Under the pieces are notes generated by a model that was given only the letters and a program-made list of their open reading frames with translations, did no database searches and was not told the origin of the DNA. Below, one piece after another: positions 52,512 through 63,980 of a DNA stretch of 64,000 bases (positions within the stretch are counted from its first letter, which is position 1; each line of letters opens with the position of its first letter). The stretch comes from Pseudomonadota bacterium. GTDB lineage: Bacteria > Pseudomonadota > Gammaproteobacteria > Burkholderiales > Burkholderiaceae_D. The position numbers were made by a program, and so were the translations under genes. The stretch covers positions 62-64,061 of the forward strand of contig JAZJXV010000017.1 in assembly GCA_040390795.1 (NCBI GenBank), read 5' to 3'.

Positions 52512-54272
52512 TTAAAACTGCTTGATCAGTGCCAATGATTGCGTGAACTTGTCTGCGTTCTGAAAACCAATTACTCGCCCGCCCTGGATTTCCTGACCGG
52601 CCTTATCGAAGAAAATAATGCCTGGAGGTCCGAATAAATTAAAACGACGCAACATGGCTTTATCTTCCGCATCGTTCGCCGTCACATCGACCTGCAGCAG
52701 AACCATTTCAGCGAAGTGGGTACGCACACGCTGATCGGTGAAAGTCAGCTTTTCCATCTCAATACAAGAAACACACCAATCCGCATAGAAATCCAGCATC
52801 ACATGCTTGCCTTTGGCCTGCGCCAAAGCTGCATCCAGATCCGCTACCGTTTTAACACGCTTGAACGTCACCTTCTCTTGACGCTCGGCTTGCAAATGCT
52901 CAAGCGGCGCCAATGCATCACGGCCACCGGTTGCGACGCCGACCAATTGCAGCATGCCGAGTACCACGCAAATCAAACCGACCGCCTTCGAGAACCAGCC
53001 GCCTTTTGCACCCCACAGCAAATAAGCGCCATAACCGACCAGCAGCGCAGTCCAACCCAGCATTTGCGCGACGGCAGGAATCACCGGCGACACCATCCAC
53101 AAGGCGACAGCCAACATCAGCACACCGAAGAAACGCTTGACCGCATCCATCCACATCCCGGCACGCGGCAACAAGGCACCGGCTGACAAACCGAGCAGCA
53201 GCAATGGCACGCTCATACCGATCGCCATCGTAAACAGAGCGCTGCCACCTATCATCACGTCACGAGTCTGGCTGATATAGACCAAGGCACCAGCCAAAGG
53301 CGCGGCCACGCAAGGACCAACTATCAGGGCCGACAAAGCACCCATGACGAACACGCCGATTAACTTGCCGGCAGATTGTTTCTCCGACGCTTGCGTCAAT
53401 TTGGTTTGTATTGCTGCAGGCATCTGCAATTGATAAACATCAAACATCGACAAGGCCAGTACAACCATCAAAATAGCGAAGGTGCCCAAGACCCACGGAT
53501 TCTGCAGTGCCGCCGCCAAACCTTCTCCGATCAAGCCTGCTGCCGTGCCGAGTAAGGTATAGACGATAGCCATGCCCAGTGAATACACCAGCGCCAATAT
53601 AAAGCCGCGACTGCGCTGTACTTGTGTGCCCTCGCCCACAATGATGCTGGAGAGGATAGGCACCATGGGCAAGACACAAGGCGTAAACGCCAGTCCCAAG
53701 CCCAGTAAAAAGAACAACGGTAGTATGGTCAGCAACTTGCCACTTTTCAGCGAACGTTCTATCTGCCCCATTTCAGATTCTGGCAAGACATTACCTGCTT
53801 GCGCAGTAGAAGCCGACGATGACAATATCTCCGCAGTACCACCAGCAACCGACAAACGCACCTCGGAATCCATAGGCGAATAACATAAGCCTTTATCTGA
53901 ACAACCCTGGCTGGTCGCTATCAGCGTGAATGGAGCAGAAGCTTCTACCGGGATACGTATCGTCACACTCTTGCGATACGTTTCAACGTCCTTCTGAAAC
54001 GTTTCATCGAATTTGATTTTTCCATCAGGAATAATCGGCTCACCCAATGTCGCGCCAGCAGCCTTGAATGCAAAGCGTTCGCGGTACATGTAATAACCGT
54101 CGGCGATCGCATACGTGACCGCTATTGTTTTTGCATCATCCATGCGCGCAGAAAATTTGAACGCCACTTCAGGATTCAAAAAATCTTCATCGGCGTGCAC
54201 AAGCGGCGCCAAGCCACACAATACAATTGCCAGAAAAAAACCGCGCAGCATCAGCATCCATTTCTTAAACAT
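52512..54272 (-). CDS. dsbD: Thiol:disulfide interchange protein DsbD (protein-disulfide reductase)
   Basis: Signal peptide, DsbD-alpha, central TM domain with FTPCVLPMVP and GPCVAAPL, C-terminal thioredoxin WCVSC. Start trimmed to ATG 54272 (8-nt overlap with cutA). Confidence 0.93.
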   Translation of the reverse strand: MFKKWMLMLRGFFLAIVLCGLAPLVHADEDFLNPEVAFKFSARMDDAKTIAVTYAIADGYYMYRERFAFKAAGATLGEPIIPDGKIKFDETFQKDVETYRKSVTIRIPVEASAPFTLIATSQGCSDKGLCYSPMDSEVRLSVAGGTAEILSSSASTAQAGNVLPESEMGQIERSLKSGKLLTILPLFFLLGLGLAFTPCVLPMVPILSSIIVGEGTQVQRSRGFILALVYSLGMAIVYTLLGTAAGLIGEGLAAALQNPWVLGTFAILMVVLALSMFDVYQLQMPAAIQTKLTQASEKQSAGKLIGVFVMGALSALIVGPCVAAPLAGALVYISQTRDVMIGGSALFTMAIGMSVPLLLLGLSAGALLPRAGMWMDAVKRFFGVLMLAVALWMVSPVIPAVAQMLGWTALLVGYGAYLLWGAKGGWFSKAVGLICVVLGMLQLVGVATGGRDALAPLEHLQAERQEKVTFKRVKTVADLDAALAQAKGKHVMLDFYADWCVSCIEMEKLTFTDQRVRTHFAEMVLLQVDVTANDAEDKAMLRRFNLFGPPGIIFFDKAGQEIQGGRVIGFQNADKFTQSLALIKQF

Positions 54273-54606
54273 CACTATCCTTATTTGTTTCCTGCCTAAC
54301 CCAATCGAGATAGGCCGACAAACCTGCAACAACGGGAACTGCAATAATTTCCGGCACATCGTATGGATGTGCCGCCTTGATTGCTGCCTCCAATTCGGTG
54401 TAACGCGCTTGTGTCGTTTTAATATGCAGCGTTACTTCACTTGCCTCTTCAATCGCGCCTTGCCAGCGATAAATGGATTGCACTGCAGGCAAGATATTCA
54501 CGCACGCAGCCAAGCGTTGTTCCAGCAAGTGCTGCGCTAACTTCTTCGCGCTTTCTATATTGGGCACATTGCTGCACACCAACAATACTTGGCCTGTTAT
54601 CGACAT
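54265..54606 (-). CDS. cutA: Divalent-cation tolerance protein CutA
   Basis: 113 aa. LAACVNILPAVQSIYRWQG..HPYDVPEI motifs. Upstream of dsbD as in E. coli. Confidence 0.92.
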   Translation of the reverse strand: MSITGQVLLVCSNVPNIESAKKLAQHLLEQRLAACVNILPAVQSIYRWQGAIEEASEVTLHIKTTQARYTELEAAIKAAHPYDVPEIIAVPVVAGLSAYLDWVRQETNKDSDV

Positions 54607-54623
54607 GCGTATTCAACCTTCGT

Positions 54624-55409
54624 TCAATTCAACAGACGTTTGCGCGTCAATACGACCGCAACATAAAATCCTGCGACACAATATGTAAGCAATATGCCTA
54701 TATCCAGCACCGGCGTTGGCGGCCAAGTGCCCAGAATCAGTGGGCGCACCAGATTCACCGCAGCGCCCAACGGCAATATACTGGAGATCACTTGCAACCA
54801 CGATGGCAATTGCGCTATCGGATAATACACACCCGACAGAAAGATCATCGGCGTCAATACCAGTGTGAAATAGTAGGTGAAGAAATCGTAGCCTTTGGCT
54901 AGTGCGTTAATCACCAAGCCCATGGATGCGAACATCATGCCGATCAAGAACAACAAAGGCACGACCAGGATCGTATGCCAATGCAAACCTATGCCCAGCG
55001 CGAAGATCACACACAGAATCGCCACACCTGAGATCAATGCCTTGGTCGCTGCCCACAGCATCTCTGCCAGCACCACATCATCCAGCGATAGCGGAGCATT
55101 CAATAACGCTTCCCACGTCTTCTGCACATGCATACGCGAGAAAGCGGAATACAGCGTCTCAAACGAGGTCACCATCATAATGGACATGCATATCGAGCCG
55201 GACGCCAGATATTGAATATACGGAATGCCATTGACGTGCGTCAGCAAGCTGCCAAGGCCATAGCCGAAAGCGACCAGAGTAATCAATGGATCAGCAATGT
55301 TGCCGAGCACGCTGGCACCTGCCAGTTTTTTCCACACCAGGAAATTGCGTTGCCAGACTGGGAAAGCGCGCAGCGAAAAAGTAGGCAAAGCATATAGGGT
55401 CGATTTCAA
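54624..55409 (-). CDS. ABC-2 type transporter permease (NodJ-like)
   Basis: 261 aa, six TM. 4-nt overlap with the upstream ATPase gene. Confidence 0.82.
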   Translation of the reverse strand: MKSTLYALPTFSLRAFPVWQRNFLVWKKLAGASVLGNIADPLITLVAFGYGLGSLLTHVNGIPYIQYLASGSICMSIMMVTSFETLYSAFSRMHVQKTWEALLNAPLSLDDVVLAEMLWAATKALISGVAILCVIFALGIGLHWHTILVVPLLFLIGMMFASMGLVINALAKGYDFFTYYFTLVLTPMIFLSGVYYPIAQLPSWLQVISSILPLGAAVNLVRPLILGTWPPTPVLDIGILLTYCVAGFYVAVVLTRKRLLN

Positions 55410-56368
55410 TCTCGCATCTCCCTGCCGGTCAATTTCAAAAACACATCTTCCAGATTGGCTGGACGGTGAACGTAACGTAGATTTGGCGTTTTATCCAAGC
55501 CATCGAGCAAGGCTTGCGCATCATTGGTATAGCAAAAGATCGTTTCACCGCTGACTTCATAACGCGCTGATTTTGCCCGTCCTTCCGCTGCGCCCCATGC
55601 TGCCGCAGCATCGCCATAGACTTCGACCACTTGCGCCTCAATATGTTGCGCAATCAAATCGCGTGGCGAACCTTCTACAATTAATTTGCCATGATCCATC
55701 ACGGCGAGACGGTCGCACAAGCGCTCGGCCTCATCCATGAAGTGCGTGGTAAGAAAAATCGTTTTGCCACGTGCCAGCAGCGCTTTCAGACGCTCCCAGA
55801 TCATGTGGCGCGCTTGCGGGTCGAGACCGGTAGTCGGCTCATCCATGAAGATCAGATCAGGATCATTAACTAAGGCACGCGCCAAGGTTAAGCGCCGCCG
55901 CATGCCACCGGACAACTCACCAATATGCGCATCTTTTTTATTCGTCAGATTGGCAAATTCCAGCAGCGATGGAATGCGTGCCAATATTGTTTTGTCATCG
56001 ATACCGAAGTAGCGGCCAAAGACCAGCAGGTTTTCCGATACGGTGAAATCCGGATCCAGATTATCGCCTTGCGGCACGACACCGACCCGCGCACGTGCTT
56101 CGCGCGCATATTGTGGAATCGCGTAATCAACCAGCGTAATCGAGCCACTGTCAGGCGTAGTTAAACCTAGGCACAGACGCAGTGTCGTTGTTTTACCTGC
56201 ACCATTTGGCCCCAACAGCCCATAGCATTCACCGCGCTGCAATGCGAATGACAAACCATCAATCACCTTGCTGGTTGCAACATCGCGGCCAAACGATTTA
56301 TGCAGATCGACGACGGAGAGAATAGAAGAATCGGACATGAGTAACGGTTCTTTATTAAGAGCGTCCAT
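55406..56368 (-). CDS. ABC transporter ATP-binding protein (NodI-like)
   Basis: [24 protein letters not shown]. Start uncertain: 56368 (MDALNK) or 56338 (MSDSS). The track ORF extends into the rplQ terminator. Confidence 0.85.
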   Translation of the reverse strand: MDALNKEPLLMSDSSILSVVDLHKSFGRDVATSKVIDGLSFALQRGECYGLLGPNGAGKTTTLRLCLGLTTPDSGSITLVDYAIPQYAREARARVGVVPQGDNLDPDFTVSENLLVFGRYFGIDDKTILARIPSLLEFANLTNKKDAHIGELSGGMRRRLTLARALVNDPDLIFMDEPTTGLDPQARHMIWERLKALLARGKTIFLTTHFMDEAERLCDRLAVMDHGKLIVEGSPRDLIAQHIEAQVVEVYGDAAAAWGAAEGRAKSARYEVSGETIFCYTNDAQALLDGLDKTPNLRYVHRPANLEDVFLKLTGREMRD

Positions 56369-56392
56369 CTTGCCACAAACATCTTTGTCGTT

Positions 56393-56428
56393 CTGAAAAA
56401 GCAAAAGCCAGGCTATGCCTGGCTTTTG
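56393..56428 (-). terminator. Intrinsic terminator of the alpha operon after rplQ
   Basis: Minus strand AAAAGCCAGGC-ata-GCCTGGCTTTTGCTTTTTC. Confidence 0.85.
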
Positions 56429-56461
56429 TCTTCTATGCAAACCGCTTGCGCGGTCGCTTAC

Positions 56462-56857
56462 TTATTCGCCGCTGGTATCGTCAACAGCTTCAGTTGTGTC
56501 TGGACGATCAACCAATTCGATAAATGCCATAGGTGCGTTATCGCCAACACGGAAACCCATTTTCAAGATACGCAGGTAGCCGCCATTGCGGTTTGCGTAA
56601 CGTGGGCCGAGTTCAGCAAACAGTTTGACAACCATTTCGCGATCGCGCAGGCGATTGAAGGCGAGACGTTTGTTAGCCAGGCTGTCGGTTTTGCCGAGAG
56701 TCAGGATTGGTTCAATAACGCGACGCAGTTCTTTTGCTTTTGGCAACGTTGTTTTGATTGCTTCGTGACGCAGCAAGGAAACAGTCATGTTGCGCAACAT
56801 AGCAAGACGGTGCGAAGAAGTACGATTTAATTTACGAAGGCCGTGACGGTGACGCAT
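56462..56857 (-). CDS. rplQ: 50S ribosomal protein L17
   Basis: [24 protein letters not shown]. Confidence 0.98.
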   Translation of the reverse strand: MRHRHGLRKLNRTSSHRLAMLRNMTVSLLRHEAIKTTLPKAKELRRVIEPILTLGKTDSLANKRLAFNRLRDREMVVKLFAELGPRYANRNGGYLRILKMGFRVGDNAPMAFIELVDRPDTTEAVDDTSGE

Positions 56858-56962
56858 GGTAATTCCTTTCTAGTTTGAGTTTAAATCCAGTTCTTCTATC
56901 GACACTGCATAGTGCAATGACGCGGACCGGTATCTATAAATTTTACGACGGTGGATTCTACT

Positions 56963-56996
56963 ACAAAAACCATTGGGGCAGAGTCGCCTCTACCCC
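56963..56996 (-). terminator. Attenuator-like hairpin between rpoA and rplQ
   Basis: Minus strand GGGGTAGAG-gcga-CTCTGCCCC followed by AATGGTTTTTG. Confidence 0.55.
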
Positions 56997-57004
56997 AACT
57001 TAAA

Positions 57005-57982
57005 TTACTTCTCCAAACCAGCTGGCGGCCAGTTTTCGAGTTTCATACCCAACGTCAAACCGCGGGATGCCAATACTTCCTTGATTTCATTCAAGGACTT
57101 ACGGCCGAGGTTAGGCGTTTTCAACAATTCATTTTCGCTACGTTGGATCAAATCACCAATGTAGTAAATGTTTTCTGCTTTGAGGCAGTTAGCCGAACGC
57201 ACTGTCAGTTCCAGATCATCGACTGGGCGCAACAAGATAGGATCGACTGCAGGTGCACGTGAAGGTGCGTCTGCTGGCGCTTCTGTGCCTTCCAGAGCAG
57301 CGAATACATTCAGTTGATCAACCAGAACGCGTGCCGATTGGCGAATCGCTTCTTCTGGCGAGATCACGCCGTTTGTTTCGATGTTGATGACCAGCTTGTC
57401 CAGATCGGTACGCTGTTCTACACGAGCCGACTCAACTGCGTACGACACGCGGCGAACTGGCGAGAACGAAGCGTCCAGAATGATACGGCCGATAGTCTTG
57501 TTGGTATCTTCCGACAAACGACGAACGTTACCTGGCACATAGCCACGGCCTTTTTCGACTTTGATCTGCATGTCGAGTTTGCCGCCGGCGGTCAAGTGAG
57601 CAATCACGTGATCCGGGTTGATCAGCTCAACGTCGTGTGGCAATTCGATATCGGATGCCAACACTGGGCCTTCGCCGTCTTTCTTCAGGATCAAGGTGAC
57701 GTCGTCACGGTTGTGCAACTTGAACACAACGCCCTTCAGATTCAACAACAGATCAACTACGTCTTCCTGCACGCCGTCGAGTGACGAGTATTCGTGAACT
57801 ACACCAGCGATAGTGACTTCTGTTGGCGCGTAGCCAACCATCGAAGACAACAGAACGCGACGCAGCGCGTTACCCAAGGTGTGGCCATAACCACGTTCGA
57901 ACGGTTCCATTACGACTTTAGCGTGACCGGCACCGAGCACTTCAACTTCAATAATACGTGGCTTCAACAAACTGTTTTGCAT
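57005..57982 (-). CDS. rpoA: DNA-directed RNA polymerase subunit alpha
   Basis: [17 protein letters not shown]..; C-terminal domain [22 protein letters not shown]. Confidence 0.98.
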   Translation of the reverse strand: MQNSLLKPRIIEVEVLGAGHAKVVMEPFERGYGHTLGNALRRVLLSSMVGYAPTEVTIAGVVHEYSSLDGVQEDVVDLLLNLKGVVFKLHNRDDVTLILKKDGEGPVLASDIELPHDVELINPDHVIAHLTAGGKLDMQIKVEKGRGYVPGNVRRLSEDTNKTIGRIILDASFSPVRRVSYAVESARVEQRTDLDKLVINIETNGVISPEEAIRQSARVLVDQLNVFAALEGTEAPADAPSRAPAVDPILLRPVDDLELTVRSANCLKAENIYYIGDLIQRSENELLKTPNLGRKSLNEIKEVLASRGLTLGMKLENWPPAGLEK

Positions 57983-58037
57983 GAAATGTCCTTTTCAATA
58001 CCCTCGGCTCATTACACCGATAAGGCTGATGGCATTA

Positions 58038-58063
58038 CGAGAAAAGCCCACCAGAAGGTGGGC
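58038..58063 (-). terminator. Attenuator-like hairpin between rpsD and rpoA
   Basis: Minus strand GCCCACC-ttct-GGTGGGC followed by TTTTCTCG. Confidence 0.5.
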
Positions 58064-58076
58064 CGGGGATTCAGTA

Positions 58077-58700
58077 TTAACGGGAATACAATTCGACGAT
58101 CAACGATTCGTTGACGTCGTTAGCGATTTCGCTACGATCTGGAGAAGACTTGAAAGTACCTTCCATTTTCTTAGCATCAACCGATACCCATGATGGCATA
58201 CCGATTTGTTCAGCCAAGGACAAAGCCTCAACGATACGCACTTGTTTTTTCGATTTTTCACGAACAGCGATGACGTCGCCTGGTTTAACTTGGTACGAAG
58301 CGATGTTGACAACGATACCGTTGACAGTGAACGCTTTGTGCGAGACCAACTGACGGCCTTCAGCACGTGTCGAACCGAAGCCCATGCGATACACGACGTT
58401 GTCGAGACGCGCTTCGAGCAATTTCAACAATGTTTCGCCGGTGTTGCCTTTACGACGGTCTGCTTCTGCGAAGTAGCGGCGGAACTGACGTTCCAAGATG
58501 CCGTACATACGTTTAACTTTTTGCTTCTCACGCAATTGATTGCCGTAGTCAGAGGTACGAGCACCGGAAGTGCGACCATGTTGACCAGGTTTCGAATCAA
58601 GTTTGCATTTCGAGTCCAGCGAACGACGTGCGCTTTTCAGGAAAAGGTCGGTACCTTCACGACGGGAGAGTTTTGCTTTAGGTCCAATATAACGTGCCAC
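58077..58700 (-). CDS. rpsD: 30S ribosomal protein S4
   Basis: (M)[22 protein letters not shown]. The start codon is GTG (58700-58698), preceded by AAGGAA. Confidence 0.98.
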   Translation of the reverse strand: MARYIGPKAKLSRREGTDLFLKSARRSLDSKCKLDSKPGQHGRTSGARTSDYGNQLREKQKVKRMYGILERQFRRYFAEADRRKGNTGETLLKLLEARLDNVVYRMGFGSTRAEGRQLVSHKAFTVNGIVVNIASYQVKPGDVIAVREKSKKQVRIVEALSLAEQIGMPSWVSVDAKKMEGTFKSSPDRSEIANDVNESLIVELYSR

Positions 58701-58804
58701 GAGAATTTCCTTTAGATAATGACGCCCCGAATGAATCTTCTTACGAAAACCAATTCACTGAGCGCTAGTCTGACGAATCTGCAATCAGACAGTGGGCTTA
58801 CTTA

Positions 58805-58834
58805 AGAACAAAACCCGCCAAGGTCTTTGGCGGG
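58805..58834 (-). terminator. Terminator/attenuator-like hairpin inside the rpsK-rpsD spacer
   Basis: Minus strand CCCGCCAA-agacc-TTGGCGGG followed by TTTTGTTCTT. Confidence 0.55.
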
Positions 58835-58875
58835 CGAATTACGGCACAACAAACTACCGTTGATACAACAAATGC

Positions 58876-59280
58876 TTAGATACGACGACGCTTTGGTGGG
58901 CGGCAACCGTTATGTGGCACTGGTGTGACATCTTGAATCTGGGTAATTTTGATACCGAGATTGTTCAATGCACGAACCGAAGATTCGCGACCTGGGCCTG
59001 GGCCTTTGATACGCACTTCAAGGTTCTTGATACCGCATTCGATCGCGACTTTACCAGCGGCTTCTGCTGCAACCTGCGCTGCAAACGGGGTCGATTTACG
59101 CGAACCTTTAAAGCCAGCACCGCCAGACGTTGCCCATGACAGCGCATTGCCTTGACGATCGGTGATCGTGATGATGGTGTTGTTGAAAGACGCGTGGATG
59201 TGCGCGATGCCTTCAGCAACGTTCTTTTTAACTTTTTTACGCACACGTGCTGCTGCGGCGTTATTAGGTGCTTTTGCCAT
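58876..59280 (-). CDS. rpsK: 30S ribosomal protein S11
   Basis: [30 protein letters not shown]. Confidence 0.98.
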   Translation of the reverse strand: MAKAPNNAAAARVRKKVKKNVAEGIAHIHASFNNTIITITDRQGNALSWATSGGAGFKGSRKSTPFAAQVAAEAAGKVAIECGIKNLEVRIKGPGPGRESSVRALNNLGIKITQIQDVTPVPHNGCRPPKRRRI

Positions 59281-59325
59281 TATTCTTTCCTTGAATCCGA
59301 CGTCTAATCGAACTACTTACTTGAA

Positions 59326-59691
59326 TTATTTCTTCAGCGATTGTGCTGCTTTACGCGGACCCTTGCGAGTACGTGCATTCGTACGTGTACGCTGACCACG
59401 GCAAGGCAAACCTTTGCGATGACGCATACCACGATAGCAACCCAAGTCCATCAGGCGCTTGATGTTCATCGAGATTTCGCGGCGCAGATCGCCTTCGACG
59501 ATGAATTTTGCAATCTCATCGCGCAGCTTTTCGAGCTCGTTGTCGTCCAGATCTTTGACCTTTTTAGTGGTCAGAACACCGGCTGTGTCGCAAATTTTTT
59601 GCGAACGTGGGCGGCCAATACCATAAATAGCGGTCAGACCGATTACAGTATGTTGATGGTTGGGTACGTTTACCCCTGCGATACGTGCCAT
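59326..59691 (-). CDS. rpsM: 30S ribosomal protein S13
   Basis: [26 protein letters not shown]. Confidence 0.98.
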   Translation of the reverse strand: MARIAGVNVPNHQHTVIGLTAIYGIGRPRSQKICDTAGVLTTKKVKDLDDNELEKLRDEIAKFIVEGDLRREISMNIKRLMDLGCYRGMRHRKGLPCRGQRTRTNARTRKGPRKAAQSLKK

Positions 59692-59719
59692 TCGTTATTC
59701 CTCAATCAATAACGTTAAA

Positions 59720-59833
59720 TTAACCTTGGCGCTGCTTATGACGCGGTTCGATGCAAATTACTCGAACGACGCCCTTGCGCTTGATGATCTTACAGTTGCG
59801 GCAGATCCGCTTGACTGATGCGAGCACTTTCAT
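59720..59833 (-). CDS. rpmJ: 50S ribosomal protein L36
   Basis: Too short for the ORF track. Manual reverse translation gives [37 protein letters not shown] then stop (ATG 59833-59831, TAA 59722-59720). Sits between infA and rpsM as expected. Confidence 0.95.
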   Translation of the reverse strand: MKVLASVKRICRNCKIIKRKGVVRVICIEPRHKQRQG

Positions 59834-59873
59834 TTTTGCCCTCTTTCTTACAGTTCTTGATTCGTTTTTAAAG

Positions 59874-60092
59874 TTACTTAGTACGGAACACAATACGTGC
59901 CCTACTTAAGTCATAAGGTGTCAATTCTACCGTCACCTTGTCGCCAGGCAAAATGCGAATATAGTTCATGCGCATTTTTCCTGAAATATGACCAAGCACT
60001 ACGTGCCCATTTTCCAACTTAACTCGAAATGTTGCGTTTGGAAGATTCTCTAGAATCTCCCCCTGCATTTGGATTACGTCGTCTTTTGCCAT
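59874..60092 (-). CDS. infA: Translation initiation factor IF-1
   Basis: [30 protein letters not shown]..; 72 aa. Confidence 0.98.
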   Translation of the reverse strand: MAKDDVIQMQGEILENLPNATFRVKLENGHVVLGHISGKMRMNYIRILPGDKVTVELTPYDLSRARIVFRTK

Positions 60093-60116
60093 TCGTTTGC
60101 CCGTTTTCCTTCGCGC

Positions 60117-61448
60117 TTAGCGCGTTGGAATCCCGCCCTTGAAATTCGCTTTGCGGAGCAACGATTCATATTGCTGCGACATCACGTAGTTTTGCACCTG
60201 TGCCATGAAGTCCATCGTTACCACCACAATAATCAGAAGTGATGTTCCACCGAAGTAGAACGGTACCTTCCAACGAGCGATCAAGAATTCAGGCAGCAAA
60301 CACACCAGCGTAATGTAGACCGCGCCAGCCAATGTCAACCGAGTCAAAATCTTATCAATATACCGAGCGGTTTGATCACCAGGACGAATACCTGGAACAA
60401 ACGCACCACTCTTCTTCAAATTATCGGCCGTCTCTTTGCTGTTGAATACCAAAGCGGTATAGAAGAAGCAGAAGAAAACAATCGCAGCAGCATACAGCAA
60501 AGCATGAATCGGCTCACCTGGTGCCATCGACGCTGCAAGGTCCTTCAAGAACAGAACAAACTTGCTTGTCGTTTCACCTGATGTGAACCAGCTCGTAATC
60601 GTCGCCGGAAACAAAATGATCGACGAAGCGAAAATCGGAGGAATCACACCAGCCATATTCAACTTCAATGGCAAATGACTGCTTTGACCACCGTAAATCT
60701 TATTACCCACTTGACGCTTGGCATAGTTCACCAAGATCTTGCGTTGGCCGCGTTCAATGAACACAACCAGATACGTTACAGCAGCAACCACCAGACAGAT
60801 CAGAATTGCTGACAGCGCATTCATCGAACCGGTACGAACCAATTCAAACAAACCTGCAACTGCACTTGGCAAACCTGCCGCGATACCAGCGAAAATGATG
60901 ATCGAGATGCCGTTACCTAAACCACGTTCGGTAATCTGCTCACCCAACCACATCAAGAACATTGTGCCGGTTACCAGCGTAATGACTGTCGTGAGGCGGA
61001 ACGCCATGCCTGGATCAATGACCAAGCCAATTTGCGATTCCAGCGCCACTGCGATACCCAAACCTTGAAAGGTCGCCAACAATAACGTGCCGTAGCGTGT
61101 GTATTGTGTGATCTTACGACGGCCGGATTCGCCTTCTTTTTTCAACGCTTCCAACTGCGGAGACACTACCGACATTAATTGCATGATGATCGATGCAGAA
61201 ATGTACGGCATGATACCGAGCGCAAAAATCGTAAAGCGGGACAACGCGCCACCCGAGAACATGTTGAACATGCCCAAGATACCGCCTTGATTTTGCTTAA
61301 ACAACTGCGCTAACTGTTCCGGATCAATTCCTGGGACAGGAATGTGTGCACCGATACGAAATACAACCAATGCACCGAGCAAGAACCAGAGGCGACCCCA
61401 TGGAAATCCACTTGTCGCACCCTTAGCAAGCTGAGGAGTAGTCGCCAA
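60117..61448 (-). CDS. secY: Preprotein translocase subunit SecY
   Basis: 443 aa, 10 [19 protein letters not shown]. The start codon appears to be TTG (61448-61446) with GGAG 7 nt upstream. Confidence 0.97.
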   Translation of the reverse strand: MATTPQLAKGATSGFPWGRLWFLLGALVVFRIGAHIPVPGIDPEQLAQLFKQNQGGILGMFNMFSGGALSRFTIFALGIMPYISASIIMQLMSVVSPQLEALKKEGESGRRKITQYTRYGTLLLATFQGLGIAVALESQIGLVIDPGMAFRLTTVITLVTGTMFLMWLGEQITERGLGNGISIIIFAGIAAGLPSAVAGLFELVRTGSMNALSAILICLVVAAVTYLVVFIERGQRKILVNYAKRQVGNKIYGGQSSHLPLKLNMAGVIPPIFASSIILFPATITSWFTSGETTSKFVLFLKDLAASMAPGEPIHALLYAAAIVFFCFFYTALVFNSKETADNLKKSGAFVPGIRPGDQTARYIDKILTRLTLAGAVYITLVCLLPEFLIARWKVPFYFGGTSLLIIVVVTMDFMAQVQNYVMSQQYESLLRKANFKGGIPTR

Positions 61449-61475
61449 TGTTTACTCCGTTATCAGACTACAAAC

Positions 61476-61907
61476 TTACGCAACCGAACCGCCAGCGGCT
61501 TCGATCGCTGCTTTTGCGCCTTTTGTCGCGATCAAGCCTTTGAGCGTCACTTTTTTAGTGATCGAACCGGACAAGATAACGCGAACAACACGTGCGAGCT
61601 CACCGATAACGCCGGCTTGTTTCAATGCCAGGATATCGACTTCCGTTACTGGCAATGCTTCCAGATCGGACAAGCGAACTTCTGCTTTGTATGGCGTTGC
61701 CAGCGATTTGAAACCACGCTTAGGCAAACGACGTTGCAAAGGCATTTGACCGCCTTCGAAACCGACTTTATGGAAACCGCCTGAACGGGATTTTTGACCT
61801 TTGTGACCACGGCCGGCTGTCTTGCCCAGGCCAGAGCCGATACCGCGACCGACGCGACGCTTGTAGTGCTTAGCGCCGTCTGCTGGTTGAATAGTATTCA
61901 ATTCCAT
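61476..61907 (-). CDS. rplO: 50S ribosomal protein L15
   Basis: [38 protein letters not shown]. Start trimmed to ATG 61907. Confidence 0.97.
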   Translation of the reverse strand: MELNTIQPADGAKHYKRRVGRGIGSGLGKTAGRGHKGQKSRSGGFHKVGFEGGQMPLQRRLPKRGFKSLATPYKAEVRLSDLEALPVTEVDILALKQAGVIGELARVVRVILSGSITKKVTLKGLIATKGAKAAIEAAGGSVA

Positions 61908-61933
61908 GATGTTCTCCGTGTGCAAGCCGAAGC

Positions 61934-62113
61934 TTACGACACCACTTTCACAAGGTACGATACTTTATTAATCATGCCGCGAACTGCCGGCGTATCTTCC
62001 AACTCGGATACCGAATTGATACCGCGCAAGCCAAGGCCGCGAACGGTAGCACGATGTGTTTCACGTGTGCCGATCAGACCTTTGACCAATGTAACTTTAA
62101 CTGTCTTTGCCAT
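61934..62113 (-). CDS. rpmD: 50S ribosomal protein L30
   Basis: [30 protein letters not shown]. Start trimmed to ATG 62113. Confidence 0.97.
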   Translation of the reverse strand: MAKTVKVTLVKGLIGTRETHRATVRGLGLRGINSVSELEDTPAVRGMINKVSYLVKVVS

Positions 62114-62123
62114 TGTGCTCACC

Positions 62124-62642
62124 TTAGCCCAGAATTTCTTCAACAGACTTGCCGCGCTTAGCTGCAATTTCCGAAGCAGTGTTCATTTTTGCCAAGCCGT
62201 CCAGTGTTGCACGAACCATGTTGTAAGGATTGGTCGAACCAGTGGATTTCGCCACAACGTTCGTCACACCCATTACTTCAAAAATTGCGCGCATTGGACC
62301 ACCAGCAATCACACCAGTACCGTCTTTAGCTGGCAGCATCAAAACTGAAGACGCGCCGTGCTTGCCGGTTACCATGTGTTGCAAAGTACCGTTTTTCAAC
62401 GTGACTTTGATCATTTTGCGGCGAGCTTCTTCCATTGCTTTTTGCACTGCGACCGGCACTTCTTTCGATTTGCCTTTGCCCATACCGATGCGGCCATCGC
62501 CATCACCGACTACAGCTAATGCTGCGAAACCCATGATACGACCACCCTTGACCACTTTGGTCACACGGTTGACCGCGATCATTTTTTCGCGCATGCCATC
62601 ATCCGGCTTATCGCTTTGCATTTTGGATTGCATTTTTGCCAT
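62124..62642 (-). CDS. rpsE: 30S ribosomal protein S5
   Basis: [37 protein letters not shown]. Confidence 0.98.
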   Translation of the reverse strand: MAKMQSKMQSDKPDDGMREKMIAVNRVTKVVKGGRIMGFAALAVVGDGDGRIGMGKGKSKEVPVAVQKAMEEARRKMIKVTLKNGTLQHMVTGKHGASSVLMLPAKDGTGVIAGGPMRAIFEVMGVTNVVAKSTGSTNPYNMVRATLDGLAKMNTASEIAAKRGKSVEEILG

Positions 62643-62654
62643 GACGATTCTTCC

Positions 62655-63017
62655 TTAGAACTTCAGACCAGCTTCACGCGCAGCTTCAGCAACTGCTTTG
62701 ACGCGGCCGTGATAACGGAAACCGGAGCGATCGAACGCAACTTCGGCGATTCCTGCTTTCAGTGCTTTTTCTGCAACGCGCTTGCCTACCAGTGCAGCAG
62801 CGGCAGTATTGCCACCTTTACCGGACTGACCAGCCAACTCTTGGCGCACTTCAGCTTCTAATGTCGATGCTGAGGCCAAAACTTTGGCATCTGGTCCGAT
62901 GATGCTAGCGTAGATGTGCAAGTTGGTGCGATGCACTGCCAGGCGAACCACCTTCAACTCGGCGATCTTGGCCCGAGTTTGGCGTCCGCGGCGCAGACGT
63001 GATTGTTTCTTATCCAT
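62655..63017 (-). CDS. rplR: 50S ribosomal protein L18
   Basis: [18 protein letters not shown]. The track ORF begins at TTG 63023; I use ATG 63017. Confidence 0.97.
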   Translation of the reverse strand: MDKKQSRLRRGRQTRAKIAELKVVRLAVHRTNLHIYASIIGPDAKVLASASTLEAEVRQELAGQSGKGGNTAAAALVGKRVAEKALKAGIAEVAFDRSGFRYHGRVKAVAEAAREAGLKF

Positions 63018-63026
63018 CGTCAACCC

Positions 63027-63560
63027 TTACTTCTTCTTGGTTTCTTTAATCACAACCACTTCGTCCGAATAACGAACGCCCTTGCCTTTATAAGGCTCAG
63101 GTTCGCGGTACGCACGGACTTCAGCAGCCACTTGACCAACTTGCTGGCGGTTGATGCCTTTGATCAGGATCTCGGTTTGCGTCGGTGTTTCCACTTTAAC
63201 GCCAGCCGGCATTTGGTGAACAACAGGATGCGAGAAACCCAACGAAAGGTTCAGCTTGTCACCTTGCGCTGCCGCACGGTAACCAACGCCAACCAACGTC
63301 AATTTCTTTTCAAAGCCTTTAGTTACGCCATTGACCATGTTATTGACCAATGCGCGCAAGGTACCCGACATCGCATTTGCTTCGCGGCTGTCGTTAGCGG
63401 CTTTAAAATTCAGCGTACCGTTAGTGTTTTCGATTTGCACCAAGCCATTTAATGACTGAGTCAACGAACCCAACGGGCCTTTTACTGTGATTTGCGCTGC
63501 AGTAATGGTCGCTTCCGCGCCACTAGGCAGTGCAATCGGCATTTTACCAACACGAGACAT
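63027..63560 (-). CDS. rplF: 50S ribosomal protein L6
   Basis: [31 protein letters not shown]. Start trimmed to ATG 63560. Confidence 0.97.
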   Translation of the reverse strand: MSRVGKMPIALPSGAEATITAAQITVKGPLGSLTQSLNGLVQIENTNGTLNFKAANDSREANAMSGTLRALVNNMVNGVTKGFEKKLTLVGVGYRAAAQGDKLNLSLGFSHPVVHQMPAGVKVETPTQTEILIKGINRQQVGQVAAEVRAYREPEPYKGKGVRYSDEVVVIKETKKK

Positions 63561-63570
63561 CTTGCACTCC

Positions 63571-63966
63571 TTAGGCGACGTAGCAAATAACTTCGCCACC
63601 GACACCGGTTGCGCGCGCTTTGCGGTCAGTCATAACGCCTTTTGGTGTTGACACGATAGCCACACCCAAACCGTTCATGACGTTTGGAATATCGTCCTTG
63701 CCCTTGTAGATACGCAGCCCTGGACGGGATACGCGCTCTAAGCGCTCGATAACTGGACGACCTGCATAATATTTCAAACCGATTTTCAGCTCTGCTTTAC
63801 CAGCAGCCTCTGTCACGGCGAAGTCTTCAATGTAACCCTCGTCCTTGAGGACGTTGGCAATCGCAATTTTGACCTTGGACGACGGCATTGCTACCGAAGT
63901 CTTTTGAACTACTTGCGCATTGCGGATACGGGTCAGCATATCGGCGATAGGATCGCTCATACTCAT
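63571..63966 (-). CDS. rpsH: 30S ribosomal protein S8
   Basis: [18 protein letters not shown]. Confidence 0.98.
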   Translation of the reverse strand: MSMSDPIADMLTRIRNAQVVQKTSVAMPSSKVKIAIANVLKDEGYIEDFAVTEAAGKAELKIGLKYYAGRPVIERLERVSRPGLRIYKGKDDIPNVMNGLGVAIVSTPKGVMTDRKARATGVGGEVICYVA

Positions 63967-63980
63967 TGCTTATTCTCCTA

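Noticed and set aside
54624-56368. NodI/NodJ-like ABC-2 exporter as a nodulation-related system
   Set aside because: No nodABC or other nod genes are present. The similarity is to the generic ABC-2 exporter family, so it is reported only as an ABC transporter.
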